Below are positions 43,316 through 51,920 of a stretch of 52,440 nt of DNA, piece by piece; within the stretch, counting starts at the first letter, position 1; each line of letters starts with the position of its first letter. Below the pieces are notes generated by a model. That model had not been told where the DNA came from and ran no database searches. It worked only from the letters and a program-made list of their open reading frames with translations. Source of the DNA: an uncultured bacterium. GTDB taxonomy: Bacteria > Fibrobacterota > Chitinivibrionia > Chitinivibrionales > JANQEN01. The position numbers and the translations under genes are program-made. The stretch lies in contig CBDVBE010000002.1 in the NCBI GenBank assembly GCA_965372145.1, forward strand, positions 1 through 52,440, given 5' to 3'.

Positions 43316-45181
43316 TCAGCCGTTTCGCTCAACCATATCCCAGTATTCATCGCTTTCATCAACTTTCTTAAGGAAATCCTCTATTAATTCAGTCGGACGA
43401 CCATATTTCTTTTCAATTTCCGCTTCAAGGGTCTCCCACAATTCAACGAGTCCAAGATTAACCTGACAGATCTCTTCACAGGCTTTACAGTGCATACACA
43501 TGAAAATCTTTTCAGCTTCTTCTTTGGAAACCGGTTTGCCGGCCATATATTTTTTCGCGAATTCAAGTTTACCCTTCGGTGTAACACCTTCATCACCGGT
43601 AACCAGGTATGCCGGGCACACTGCAAGGCAGCTCCCGCACTTAGCACAGGCATAGGCCTTGAGTTTCTTATCAAGTGTATCGGCGCTGCCGACGTTCTTG
43701 TTTTTGCCAAGAAAAATGGTTGCCAGAGGGCCAAGGAACCATGAAAAGGCAATAAGCAGACTCATATTGAAATTCATGATTGCAGGCTGCATAAACAGTG
43801 CCGGAATATTCATGAATTTGGATTTGACCGCGAAAAATTTACCGGGGTTCATGATACCATTTGGATCGACCTGTTTTTTATATGCTTTCAGTTCAGCGAG
43901 TCTTTTACTGTCAAAGAGATAGTTGACAAAAGGCGCGAACCAGATACCGGAGCCATAGGGCCTGGCGCCGCATGATACAGCGACTTTAGTCAGGATCATC
44001 ATCATCGGCAGATTGATCAGGTATTTCAGCTTCCGTGAATCACACAGGAACTCAACGGAGACCATAGCGATTGTATCATTAATAATGTATGCATAACTGC
44101 TGATATCAATGCCGAACCTTTTGCCCATTTTCCCGGCTTTAGTGATAAATTCATTTACTCTTTTGATCGGAATAATAATTTCGCACGCAAGAATTGTCGG
44201 TCCGAGCCGCTTGGATTTCATACCGAAGAGGCGCTGGTTCCAGAGATAGCTTGCCACATGCTGCGGTGCCTCTTTGAGTTTGACATCGCTTAATGATAAA
44301 TATGACAGGAACGCGTCATCTTCCTCTTTTGTCGGCAGTATAAACAGGACACCGCTCTTATTCTCGAAGGTATCAGCATGCATCAGTATGTTCATTTCAT
44401 GAAGCGTTTCCGCGTCAACGAAACGGATGACATCAGGCTGAATCTCTTTTGTTTTGATTTTATCACTGATGATCTTATCAATAAAATTGAAAGCCGTTAA
44501 CGGGTCTTCAAAATAGACCAGTCGGGGATGGAACTCCTGCTGATACTCTTTAAGTTTAAGCGTGACTTCAGTAAGAATACCAAACTGACCTTCAGAGCTG
44601 ATAAGATTCTTGAATTCGGGGTCATCATGGGCTATCTCTTTAAGTTCACCATTGGGGAACATAACGTTAATAGAGACAACCTGTTCAGAGACATGGCCAT
44701 ATTTAAAATTATTGATACCGTATCCACCTGTCATAAGCCAACCTGCAACGGTTGAGAACTTGCTTGAAGGATAGGTCATGAGACAAAGGCCCTCTTGCTT
44801 GGCGATGATGTCAATGTCGCTCCAGCGGGCACCGGCCTGCACAGTAATGGTTTTATTGCCTTTGTTAAGTTCGATAACTTCTCTGAACATTGCCAGATCA
44901 ATTACAATACCGCCATTTGTCGGGATAACACCACCAAATCCGGAGGAGGCGGTACCGCGAGGAATGACCGGTATCTTTTTGTCATTGGCAAAAGTGAGTA
45001 CTTTCTTTATGTCTTCAACACTTTTCGGCTGAACAGCCATGTCGGGAACAATGTTAAAGAAGGTACCACTAAAGATTGGTGGAATATCACCAATATCATG
45101 ACTGTAGATCATCTTTTCATATGTATCATCAATGACCTTTGTGTCGCCGGCAACTTTTTTAAATTCTTCTGCTATTTTCAT
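43316..45181 (-). CDS. FAD-linked oxidase (GlcD-like) fused to TM segments and a C-terminal 2x[4Fe-4S] (GlcF/GlpC-like) module
   Basis: FAD_binding_4 pattern (PVIPRGTASSGFGG...TVAGWLMTGGYG), hydrophobic segments near residue 470, then CAKCGSCLAVCP and CMHCKACEEIC. Confidence 0.75.
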   Translation of the reverse strand: MKIAEEFKKVAGDTKVIDDTYEKMIYSHDIGDIPPIFSGTFFNIVPDMAVQPKSVEDIKKVLTFANDKKIPVIPRGTASSGFGGVIPTNGGIVIDLAMFREVIELNKGNKTITVQAGARWSDIDIIAKQEGLCLMTYPSSKFSTVAGWLMTGGYGINNFKYGHVSEQVVSINVMFPNGELKEIAHDDPEFKNLISSEGQFGILTEVTLKLKEYQQEFHPRLVYFEDPLTAFNFIDKIISDKIKTKEIQPDVIRFVDAETLHEMNILMHADTFENKSGVLFILPTKEEDDAFLSYLSLSDVKLKEAPQHVASYLWNQRLFGMKSKRLGPTILACEIIIPIKRVNEFITKAGKMGKRFGIDISSYAYIINDTIAMVSVEFLCDSRKLKYLINLPMMMILTKVAVSCGARPYGSGIWFAPFVNYLFDSKRLAELKAYKKQVDPNGIMNPGKFFAVKSKFMNIPALFMQPAIMNFNMSLLIAFSWFLGPLATIFLGKNKNVGSADTLDKKLKAYACAKCGSCLAVCPAYLVTGDEGVTPKGKLEFAKKYMAGKPVSKEEAEKIFMCMHCKACEEICQVNLGLVELWETLEAEIEKKYGRPTELIEDFLKKVDESDEYWDMVERNG

Positions 45182-45326
45182 AATGATCTATGATAGTGAA
45201 AAAGTCATTTTTTGGTTTCAGCGGGAAAACACCTGTAAGTTCTCCCCACTTATTATTTGCGTGATAAAGGGCAGCTTGAAAGTTGATTACGATCAAGCAA
45301 CCCATTTTATATTTGAGGTTAGAACT

Positions 45327-47177
45327 CTATTTTACTGTAACTGATTTAGCCAGATTTTTTGGTTTGTCAGGATCCAAACCATTATAATCAGAAGCAAAGT
45401 AGGCCATAATCTGTAACGGAAAGACAAAAGGTACTGCTGACATAGCAATTGAGTACTTATCGGTTTCAATAGGAACACGAAGTGTATAGTCAGAAATCTC
45501 AGTTACCTGTGTATCAGAATCTGCAACAACTGAAATTATAGTACCACCACGGCTTTTCATTTCCATGATGTTACCAATAAGTCTGTCATAGGTTTCATCC
45601 GGAGGAGCAACAAATACAACCGGGAAACCATCTTCGATGAGAGCAATTGGTCCGTGCTTTGATTCACCGGCAGAATAGGCTTCAGCATGGTTATAGGATA
45701 TTTCCTTCAGTTTAAGAGCACCTTCACTCGCAGCAGCCATTGAGAGGCCACGGGCAAGGAAGTAGAAATTTGGCTTTTTAGCCAGAATTTCCGCAACTTC
45801 TTTAATCTTATCTTCACCTTCAAGTATAGCATCACAAACTTTTGAACTATTATCAAGTGCAGCTTTATATTTTTCAATTTCTTCGGGAGCCATCTCACCT
45901 TTAAGTTCTGCAATACGAAGAGCAACAACTGAAAGAGCAGTAACCTGTGTGCAGTATGCTTTCTGGCTTGCAACAGCAACTTCAGGACCGGCAGTAGTAA
46001 TAATCGTATGATCTGAGTAGCGTGTAAGTGAAGAACCTACAACATTAACAACAGAACAAACCTTTGCTCCGTGTTTTTCACGTGCAAAACGTACAGCTTC
46101 AATAGTATCAGCTGTTTCACCGGATTGTGATACCGCAATAACACAGGAATTTTTCGGCAGGCGTGGCAGTTGGTCAGTAAATTCAGAGCAGAGAACACCC
46201 TCGATATAAGGGCCTCCGAATTTTGTTATCTGGAATTTCCCCGCAAGACAGGCGTAAAAAGCCGTACCAGCAGCCGTGATGTACACATGATCCGCATCCA
46301 TAATGGTTCTCGCAAAGGCTTCGATATCATCCTGCGGTGCATGAACCTGTTCTTTAACCTTTCTCGGTACTTCATGAAGTTCCTTGTGCATGAACCATTT
46401 GTACTCTTTGCCGTCGAGTGATTTTTGGGCAGCGTCAATTGACCACTGGACAGTAATCGGATCACGTTCACGTTTTTCACCAGTGACAACGTCAAAAATC
46501 TCGACCGAACCGGCATAGAGAACCGCAATTTCATCATCGTCAAGGATATATGCCTGACGGGTTAACGGTAAAAATGCAGGGATATCTGAGCCGCAATAGG
46601 TTGTCTCGCCAGGGGTAATACCGATGGTAAGCGGTGATTCCTTGCGGGCAACGAGCATATAATCGGGTATATCCGCGTGGCATACGACAATACCGTAAGC
46701 GCCTTTACACTCTTTAACCGTTTCCATGACCGCTTCTCTAAGGTCCATGCCTTTGTCCATATGCTCGCCGATAAGGTGAGGGAAGACTTCCGTATCAGTA
46801 TCGGATTTGAACTCATGACCGCGTTCGGACAACTCTTTGCGTAATTGCTGAAAATTCTCAAGAATGCCGTTATGAACCACTGCTATTTTCCCACTGCCAT
46901 CCAAATGGGGGTGGGAGTTTTTTGCTACAGGAGGGCCATGAGTTGCCCAACGAGTGTGGCCCACACCAAAGGAGCCTTCCATTGAATCAAACCAGCCGTC
47001 CTTATTAATATCTGCAATACGACCTTTCTCTTTTCTACATTCAATTCTGCCATTATTTACCAATGCTATACCGGCAGAATCATAACCGCGATATTCCAAT
47101 CTCTGCAAACCTTCACGGATGAGTTTTGCTACGGGAACATCCTGCTTTTTTGTGATTAGGCCAAAGATTCCACACAT
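45327..47177 (-). CDS. glmS: Glutamine--fructose-6-phosphate aminotransferase
   Basis: MCGIFG N-terminal nucleophile, two SIS domains, C-terminal ...KNLAKSVTVK. 616 aa. Confidence 0.95.
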   Translation of the reverse strand: MCGIFGLITKKQDVPVAKLIREGLQRLEYRGYDSAGIALVNNGRIECRKEKGRIADINKDGWFDSMEGSFGVGHTRWATHGPPVAKNSHPHLDGSGKIAVVHNGILENFQQLRKELSERGHEFKSDTDTEVFPHLIGEHMDKGMDLREAVMETVKECKGAYGIVVCHADIPDYMLVARKESPLTIGITPGETTYCGSDIPAFLPLTRQAYILDDDEIAVLYAGSVEIFDVVTGEKRERDPITVQWSIDAAQKSLDGKEYKWFMHKELHEVPRKVKEQVHAPQDDIEAFARTIMDADHVYITAAGTAFYACLAGKFQITKFGGPYIEGVLCSEFTDQLPRLPKNSCVIAVSQSGETADTIEAVRFAREKHGAKVCSVVNVVGSSLTRYSDHTIITTAGPEVAVASQKAYCTQVTALSVVALRIAELKGEMAPEEIEKYKAALDNSSKVCDAILEGEDKIKEVAEILAKKPNFYFLARGLSMAAASEGALKLKEISYNHAEAYSAGESKHGPIALIEDGFPVVFVAPPDETYDRLIGNIMEMKSRGGTIISVVADSDTQVTEISDYTLRVPIETDKYSIAMSAVPFVFPLQIMAYFASDYNGLDPDKPKNLAKSVTVK

Positions 47178-47199
47178 AAGTCCTATTTCCTCTCCTTGA

Positions 47200-47274
47200 G
47201 TACCTTAGAAATAATTTTTTGCCTCTTCTTACCCTGAAGGACACACGTGGCAGGAAATTATTTCGTTAAGGTAC
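47200..47274 (-). promoter_or_regulatory. Long hairpin in the glmS 5' leader, ending 5 nt before the SD
   Basis: Minus strand: GTACCTTA-AC-GAAATAATT ... AATTATTTC-TAAGGTAC (8 + 9 bp with a 2-nt bulge) enclosing ~39 nt. It is followed by TCAAGGAGAGGAAATAGGACTTATG. Confidence 0.55.
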
Positions 47275-47327
47275 TAATCCAGTTTATCTGGGTTAGGGTG
47301 TGTTATTATGATTAATTATTCGGTTTC

Positions 47328-47355
47328 GAAATTCGTAATTTGAAATTCGTAATTT
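47328..47355. repeat. Perfect tandem direct repeat, 2 x 14 nt (GAAATTCGTAATTT)
   Basis: Copies at 47328-47341 and 47342-47355, in the divergent glmS / MFS intergenic region. Confidence 0.85.
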
Positions 47356-47486
47356 GTGAGAAAGCCCATCAAAATAAGTTATGTTGAGCGAAAATTCAAA
47401 GTTTTAAATATTCCGGACGGGCCGTAAGGGAGAGTATATTTTTATTTACTACGGATGTAGTTACTACGGTATTTTCCCTATTTTCA

Positions 47487-48740
47487 GTGGTTAAAACAAT
47501 GATTTTCCGGTTTTCTCTCTATGGTTTCCTGAAAAATCAGCGCTACTTTGAGCCCTTTCTTCTGCTGGCGTTTCTCCAAAAGGGTTTATCCTTCGCCATG
47601 ATTGGCGTTCTTATCGGATTTCGTGAGATCTGTATAAATATCATGGAAATTCCTACCGGTGCAGTTGCAGATGTTGTCGGCCGCCGTAAATCCATGATCC
47701 TGTCATTTGTATCATATAGCATTTCATTTCTCATTTTTGGTGTATCCCGGACCTTGTGGATGCTGTTTGCTGCCATGTTTTTTTTCTCCGTGGGGGAGGC
47801 CTTTCGGACCGGGACCCATAAAGCCATCATTTTTGACTGGCTTGCCGGGCAGAAAAGGGAGCACGAAAAAACCAAGGTATACGGCTTTACCCGGTCATGG
47901 AGCAAGCTCGGTTCAGCATTCAGTGTGATTATAGCTGGAATACTGGTATTTGTATCCAATGATTATTCCATGATTTTTCTGTTATGTATCATTCCCTGTG
48001 TGATAAATATTATTAATTTTTTAACCTACCCGGGATATCTTGACGGCCCCCGGAACGAGAGTACCGGTATTACTTCTATAATAAAAACACTGTTCTCCTC
48101 TCTCGCAAAAAGCGTCAAATCGAGCCGGTTACGCAGGTTATTGTTTGAATCCATGGGGTATGAAGGGCTGTTTAAAACAAGCAAGGATTATCTGCAGCCC
48201 ATACTGCAATCCACTGCGCTTGCACTGCCGGTATTATTGCATTTCAGCGGGCAGCAGCGAACAGCCCTGTTGGTTGGTGCGGTCTATTTCCTGCTGCATG
48301 TTCTGAGCAGCATCGCATCACGTAATGCCGACGTGCTGGTGAAAAAAACAGGCAATGAATCAAGAGCAGCACACAGGTTATGGATTTTTGATCTGCTGGT
48401 TTTCATCATGCTTTTCGCAGGGATACTCGCCGGATATTCCTGGGTGGTTATCGGTGCGTTTATTTTGCTTGCTGTTCTGCAGAATTTCTGGAGGCCCATT
48501 CTTATCAGCCGGTTTGCCACACTTTCCGATCCCGCGCAGACTGCGACTGTCCTGAGTATAGAATCACAGTCCAAGTCACTCTTTGTCGCAGTTTTCGCCC
48601 CGCTGCTGGGATGGGCAATTGATGCAGTCACGAGGGTAAACACGGGTTGGCAGTTTCTGCCAATTGCTGTCCTGGGGATTGTGATATCGGTTATTATGCT
48701 GGTAACTGCAGGTGGTGTGAATAAAAACCATGCTGGTTAA
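47487..48740 (+). CDS. MFS-type transporter
   Basis: ~12 TM helices. The loop motif VADVVGRRKSMI after TM2 is the MFS signature. Start is GTG 47487 or ATG 47499. Confidence 0.7.
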   Translation: MVKTMIFRFSLYGFLKNQRYFEPFLLLAFLQKGLSFAMIGVLIGFREICINIMEIPTGAVADVVGRRKSMILSFVSYSISFLIFGVSRTLWMLFAAMFFFSVGEAFRTGTHKAIIFDWLAGQKREHEKTKVYGFTRSWSKLGSAFSVIIAGILVFVSNDYSMIFLLCIIPCVINIINFLTYPGYLDGPRNESTGITSIIKTLFSSLAKSVKSSRLRRLLFESMGYEGLFKTSKDYLQPILQSTALALPVLLHFSGQQRTALLVGAVYFLLHVLSSIASRNADVLVKKTGNESRAAHRLWIFDLLVFIMLFAGILAGYSWVVIGAFILLAVLQNFWRPILISRFATLSDPAQTATVLSIESQSKSLFVAVFAPLLGWAIDAVTRVNTGWQFLPIAVLGIVISVIMLVTAGGVNKNHAG

Positions 48741-48801
48741 AAAACTTTAATTTTGAAATGAGAGTTCAATTGTATAATGGCTGTTAATGGCCGCCTTCAA
48801 A

Positions 48802-49974
48802 TCACCTTGTTATTACAAGCTTTTTAGAAAAGATTCTATTCCTACCTTTTACGACCAGGAAATAGATGCCTGCCGTATTATTCTTAAAATCATAGAGGTA
48901 ACTCTTCGTGTCTCCTCTAAGCCGCACCTCTTTTATAGTCCTTCCCGTTCCGGTTACAATTGACAGTTTTGAACCAGGTGGTACATTCCCGTTCAGATAA
49001 ATCTTACACTGTGATGAGCCATTTGTTGAGGTAACAGTAAGTATATCTTTGTTTACTAGTAGATTTTTACTATCATTCTGGTCACTAATTGGAGTCGGGT
49101 GTTCTTTAAAGAGGCTGTCTTTTACTATTTCGTCACGTATTGAAAAGTCAACCCACATGATGCCGATGGGCTGATCCGGATTTGCCACACCTTCAGCAAG
49201 CGCATCACCGATTTCTTTCAACGGGTTGTCAAGCAGACTCCACCATTTTTTGTCACTCTGGTAGCCAACCTGGTACATGACAGTGCTATTTGTAAAGGTA
49301 TCAGCCCAGGTCGCCAAAGGCTCTACCAGGCTGTCAAGCACATCAACCCCCTGGCCGTCATTGACAAAGATCAGGTCACCCCGGTATGTGGGTGGCATCC
49401 ACCGCCAGTCCCAGTGTTTGACAAATAATGTATAGTCCTGATTGATTGATTTCAGATGCGCTTCCCAGGACTCAGCTTCAGCGTCAGTTGCTTTTTTACC
49501 GGTGCCGGGATTGCTTTTATATAGGTACCATTCCACGTCAACGCCGAAACCAACAACACACTTATGATGCCCATACTGCTCCATTACCAAATCCATTAAT
49601 GTATTAACATCAGCATTACCCGGTTCAACCTGCAGAAATACTTTTACGCCGATATTGTCAAAATAGCTAAGAAACTCCTCATGTCTATCGTTGCCCCAGA
49701 AATCAATATTCGGGTATTGATTGCCATCACTGGGAAACTCCAGCGAGCATTTTATTCGGGGATCATCAATGGCGCCAACTATCCACACGCCGGTCGGCAC
49801 CGAATTGTCATATTGATCACACATATTCAGAAAAATATTCCCCCATTCTTTCGGGGTCGGAAATGGTTTAACCCCATAGTGTGATGAGCGGGCTCCAGCA
49901 TATTTTACAACACCGGCTTGTACCACTGCGGCAATCAGTACCGCTGCAATAAGAATTATTTTTTTACTAATCAT
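48802..49974 (-). CDS. Secreted protein with a putative glycoside-hydrolase-like TIM-barrel and a T9SS-type C-terminal sorting domain
   Basis: Signal peptide. The C-terminal ...TAGIYFLVVKGRNRIFSKKLVITR resembles Por/T9SS CTDs. The catalytic-domain assignment is weak (GFGVDVEW, FVKHWDW). Confidence 0.45.
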   Translation of the reverse strand: MISKKIILIAAVLIAAVVQAGVVKYAGARSSHYGVKPFPTPKEWGNIFLNMCDQYDNSVPTGVWIVGAIDDPRIKCSLEFPSDGNQYPNIDFWGNDRHEEFLSYFDNIGVKVFLQVEPGNADVNTLMDLVMEQYGHHKCVVGFGVDVEWYLYKSNPGTGKKATDAEAESWEAHLKSINQDYTLFVKHWDWRWMPPTYRGDLIFVNDGQGVDVLDSLVEPLATWADTFTNSTVMYQVGYQSDKKWWSLLDNPLKEIGDALAEGVANPDQPIGIMWVDFSIRDEIVKDSLFKEHPTPISDQNDSKNLLVNKDILTVTSTNGSSQCKIYLNGNVPPGSKLSIVTGTGRTIKEVRLRGDTKSYLYDFKNNTAGIYFLVVKGRNRIFSKKLVITR

Positions 49975-50000
49975 ATTTTGAACTCACTTTATGCTTTTAC

Positions 50001-50113
50001 CCGTTCTCCTTCCTTTCGAATATGCTCAGGATAAATCCGCACGCCAAGGTTTATACGCCTTGGCGTGCGCATAAACATTGGCGGATAAACTCCATCGAAT
50101 GAAAGGAGAACGG
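50001..50113. repeat. 113-nt imperfect palindrome (bulged long hairpin)
   Basis: Outer arms CCGTTCTCCTT (50001-50011) / AAGGAGAACGG (50103-50113). Inner perfect 12-bp stem CGCACGCCAAGG (50038-50049) / CCTTGGCGTGCG (50058-50069). ATCCGC/GCGGAT lie between them. Confidence 0.7.
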
Positions 50114-50641
50114 ACATGATAATAGGAAAAATCCATGAATTTTGCAAAAGGTATCCTGAGAATACCACTGCCATGATATATCAGATCGGCCTTATACAAA
50201 ATTATCTGTATTACGGGACGTGCTCCCTCTACTACATCTCTCTCTATATAATCTATTCATAAAATATCTAAATTTGTTTAATTTATCAAATTTAGGAAAA
50301 AAAGTAGTTATAATTATAATCAGTTATATGGAGGAATTTAAGACTAGAATGATATAAAAAGCCAGGTAAAATCTTGGCCATCTGATATATTGATATTATG
50401 ACGATGTGTATTCTTTATATTCAGAAAATAAGACAATATAAAAGGCAGTTTATGAATTAACAGGATAAGTATAACAATTTACACCAATCGGTTACTATTC
50501 ACCATTTTGATTGTTGTAATATTTTGTGAAGTTTATTTTTCATGTAGTTTTACCACAAGGGTATAATTCATAATGGATGTACCCTAAAGGAGAAATGATT
50601 ACTTGCTACTTTAGTAGCTAGTAGAATTCTGCTCGAAGAGT

Positions 50642-50703
50642 ATAATTCGAAATGGATGTAAATATCCTATTTCTCATTTAAACATCCTATTATTCATTTA
50701 TCA
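50642..50703 (+). repeat. Recombination-site-like repeat, copy B (core plus iterons), 20 nt from the intI stop
   Basis: ATAATTCGAAATGGATGTAAATATCCTATTTCTCATTTAAACATCCTATTATTCATTTATCA. The units ATCCTATTTCTCATTTA (50664-50680) and ATCCTATTATTCATTTA (50684-50700) are 20 nt apart. A partial direct copy, GTATAATTCATAATGGATGTA, is at 50561-50581. Confidence 0.7.
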
Positions 50704-50722
50704 GAGAATGTGAATGATTTAA

Positions 50723-51648
50723 TCAACCATTATGTATTGACAAATCAATATCCAGTGGACTTTTCAGTTTGTTGGGTTGAATCAGATTTACAGCCTGACG
50801 ATATATCATAGTTGTTCTAACATCAGCATGCCCCAACGCTTTTTGTACAGTTGTAATATCATATCCTGCTAATAATAAATGGGTGGCAAAACTATGCCTT
50901 AGTGTATGAGATGAGGCACGCTTTGTAATACGGGCTTTTCCAATAGCCATTTTTATCTGTTTCTGGAAGTTTGTTTCATGAAGATGATAACGGCGGATCT
51001 CTTTTTTACCTGAAACAACGGTTAGATTTTTTGCTGGAAAAAACCATTGGTATGGAAATTCTTTTGCACAGTTTTTATGTTTTCGTTCAAATGATTCATC
51101 AATAAAAGTACCATCAAACCCAGTTGCGACATCTTTTTCATACAGGCTTGTCAAGCGTATTATATGGTCTTCTATTTTTGGAATTATAGATTCAGGTAAT
51201 GGTACAGATCTGAACTTACCGCCTTTGCCATAAATAGTAAGCATTTTTGTGTTCACATTAAAACAATATACCCGCAATTGAGCCGCTTCAAAAAGCCGCA
51301 AACCACATCCATACATAAGTTTCGCCATTAAATTATATGGATAGATAAGATTGTCTATGATTTTTGAGATTTCTTCCTTTGCTAACACAGTTGGAATAAA
51401 TCTGCTTTTAGGAGCCCGGATTGTATCAGACAAGTCGCCTATTTCCACATCTAACACAGTAAGCCAGAGAGCAAGGATAGGGTGGTAACATCCGTCTGGA
51501 GGAAGCTTAAGGCGAAAACACGGGCTGATGAACAAGTATGCTTTATGGGGTGATGACCATAGAGCAGGCAGATTAGGCATCGCTGTCCGGGACGAGACCG
51601 CAACTCAGGTTTAAGTCCTCTATCTGTCAAGTTATAAGGGGCAGACAT
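50723..51648 (-). pseudogene. intI: Integron-type tyrosine recombinase (IntI), apparently frameshifted near the N-terminus
   Basis: R-H-R-Y boxes (GLRLFEAAQLRV, HTLRHSFATHLL, LGHADVRTTMIY). The IntI-specific insertion is also present (FERKHKNCAKEFPYQWFFPAKNLTVVSGKKEIRRYHLHE; compare IntI1 LERKYPRAGHSWPWFWVFA...DPRSG..RRHH). The N-terminal SAM-like domain is split between the 65-aa ORF (51451-51648) and the 285-aa ORF, with a frame change near 51490-51500. Confidence 0.75.
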
Positions 51649-51665
51649 GTATATCTGACAGTTAC

Positions 51666-51920
51666 GTGTGGAAAGAAGTGTGTTTTACCCCGGGAGAGCC
51701 TGTGCGCTGTCCCTTTGTTATTAGAAAGGACTGAGTGATCCGAGAGGAGACCTGATCGCAAGCAGGCAGTCAGCAGATGGCGTAGTAGATGAATCTGGCA
51801 GTGGAATGGCAGAAAAACAGCGGAGTCTGTATATCGTAAGAGTTCCTTTCCCGATGATTTATTGAAGGCTTGAACGGTGCCTACCCGAAAGGTGTATGGT
51901 AAATGAGAATGTGTATGCCA
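51666..51920 (+). other. ORF-free, GC-normal segment; possible structured RNA or decayed group II intron fragment
   Basis: No ORF of 61 aa or more on either strand across 51649-52074. Three collinear segments resemble remembered group II intron motifs: TTTTACCCCGGGAGAGCCTG (51683-51702), GTCAGCAGATGGCGTAGTA (51769-51787) and GAAGGCTTGAACGGTGCCTACCCGAAAGGTGTATGG (51864-51899). The domain-V-like hairpin does not fold canonically. Confidence 0.25.

Noticed and set aside
47178-47486. glmS ribozyme upstream of glmS
   Set aside because: The conserved ribozyme core motifs are absent on the glmS (minus) strand. The CCGTAAGGGAG-like string at ~47420 is on the wrong strand and is isolated.
50001-50113. 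Canonical integron attC site
   Set aside because: The terminal boxes are in the reverse arrangement (GTT at the 5' end, AAC at the 3' end). No second such site follows the adjacent gene at 48741-48801.
49989-50174. 61-aa minus-strand ORF
   Set aside because: It lies entirely over the 113-nt palindrome and AT-rich spacer. Its sequence looks like translated repeat.
51451-51648. 65-aa ORF as an independent gene
   Set aside because: Its translation aligns with the N-terminal domain of integron integrases. It is therefore interpreted as the frameshifted 5' part of intI, not a separate gene.
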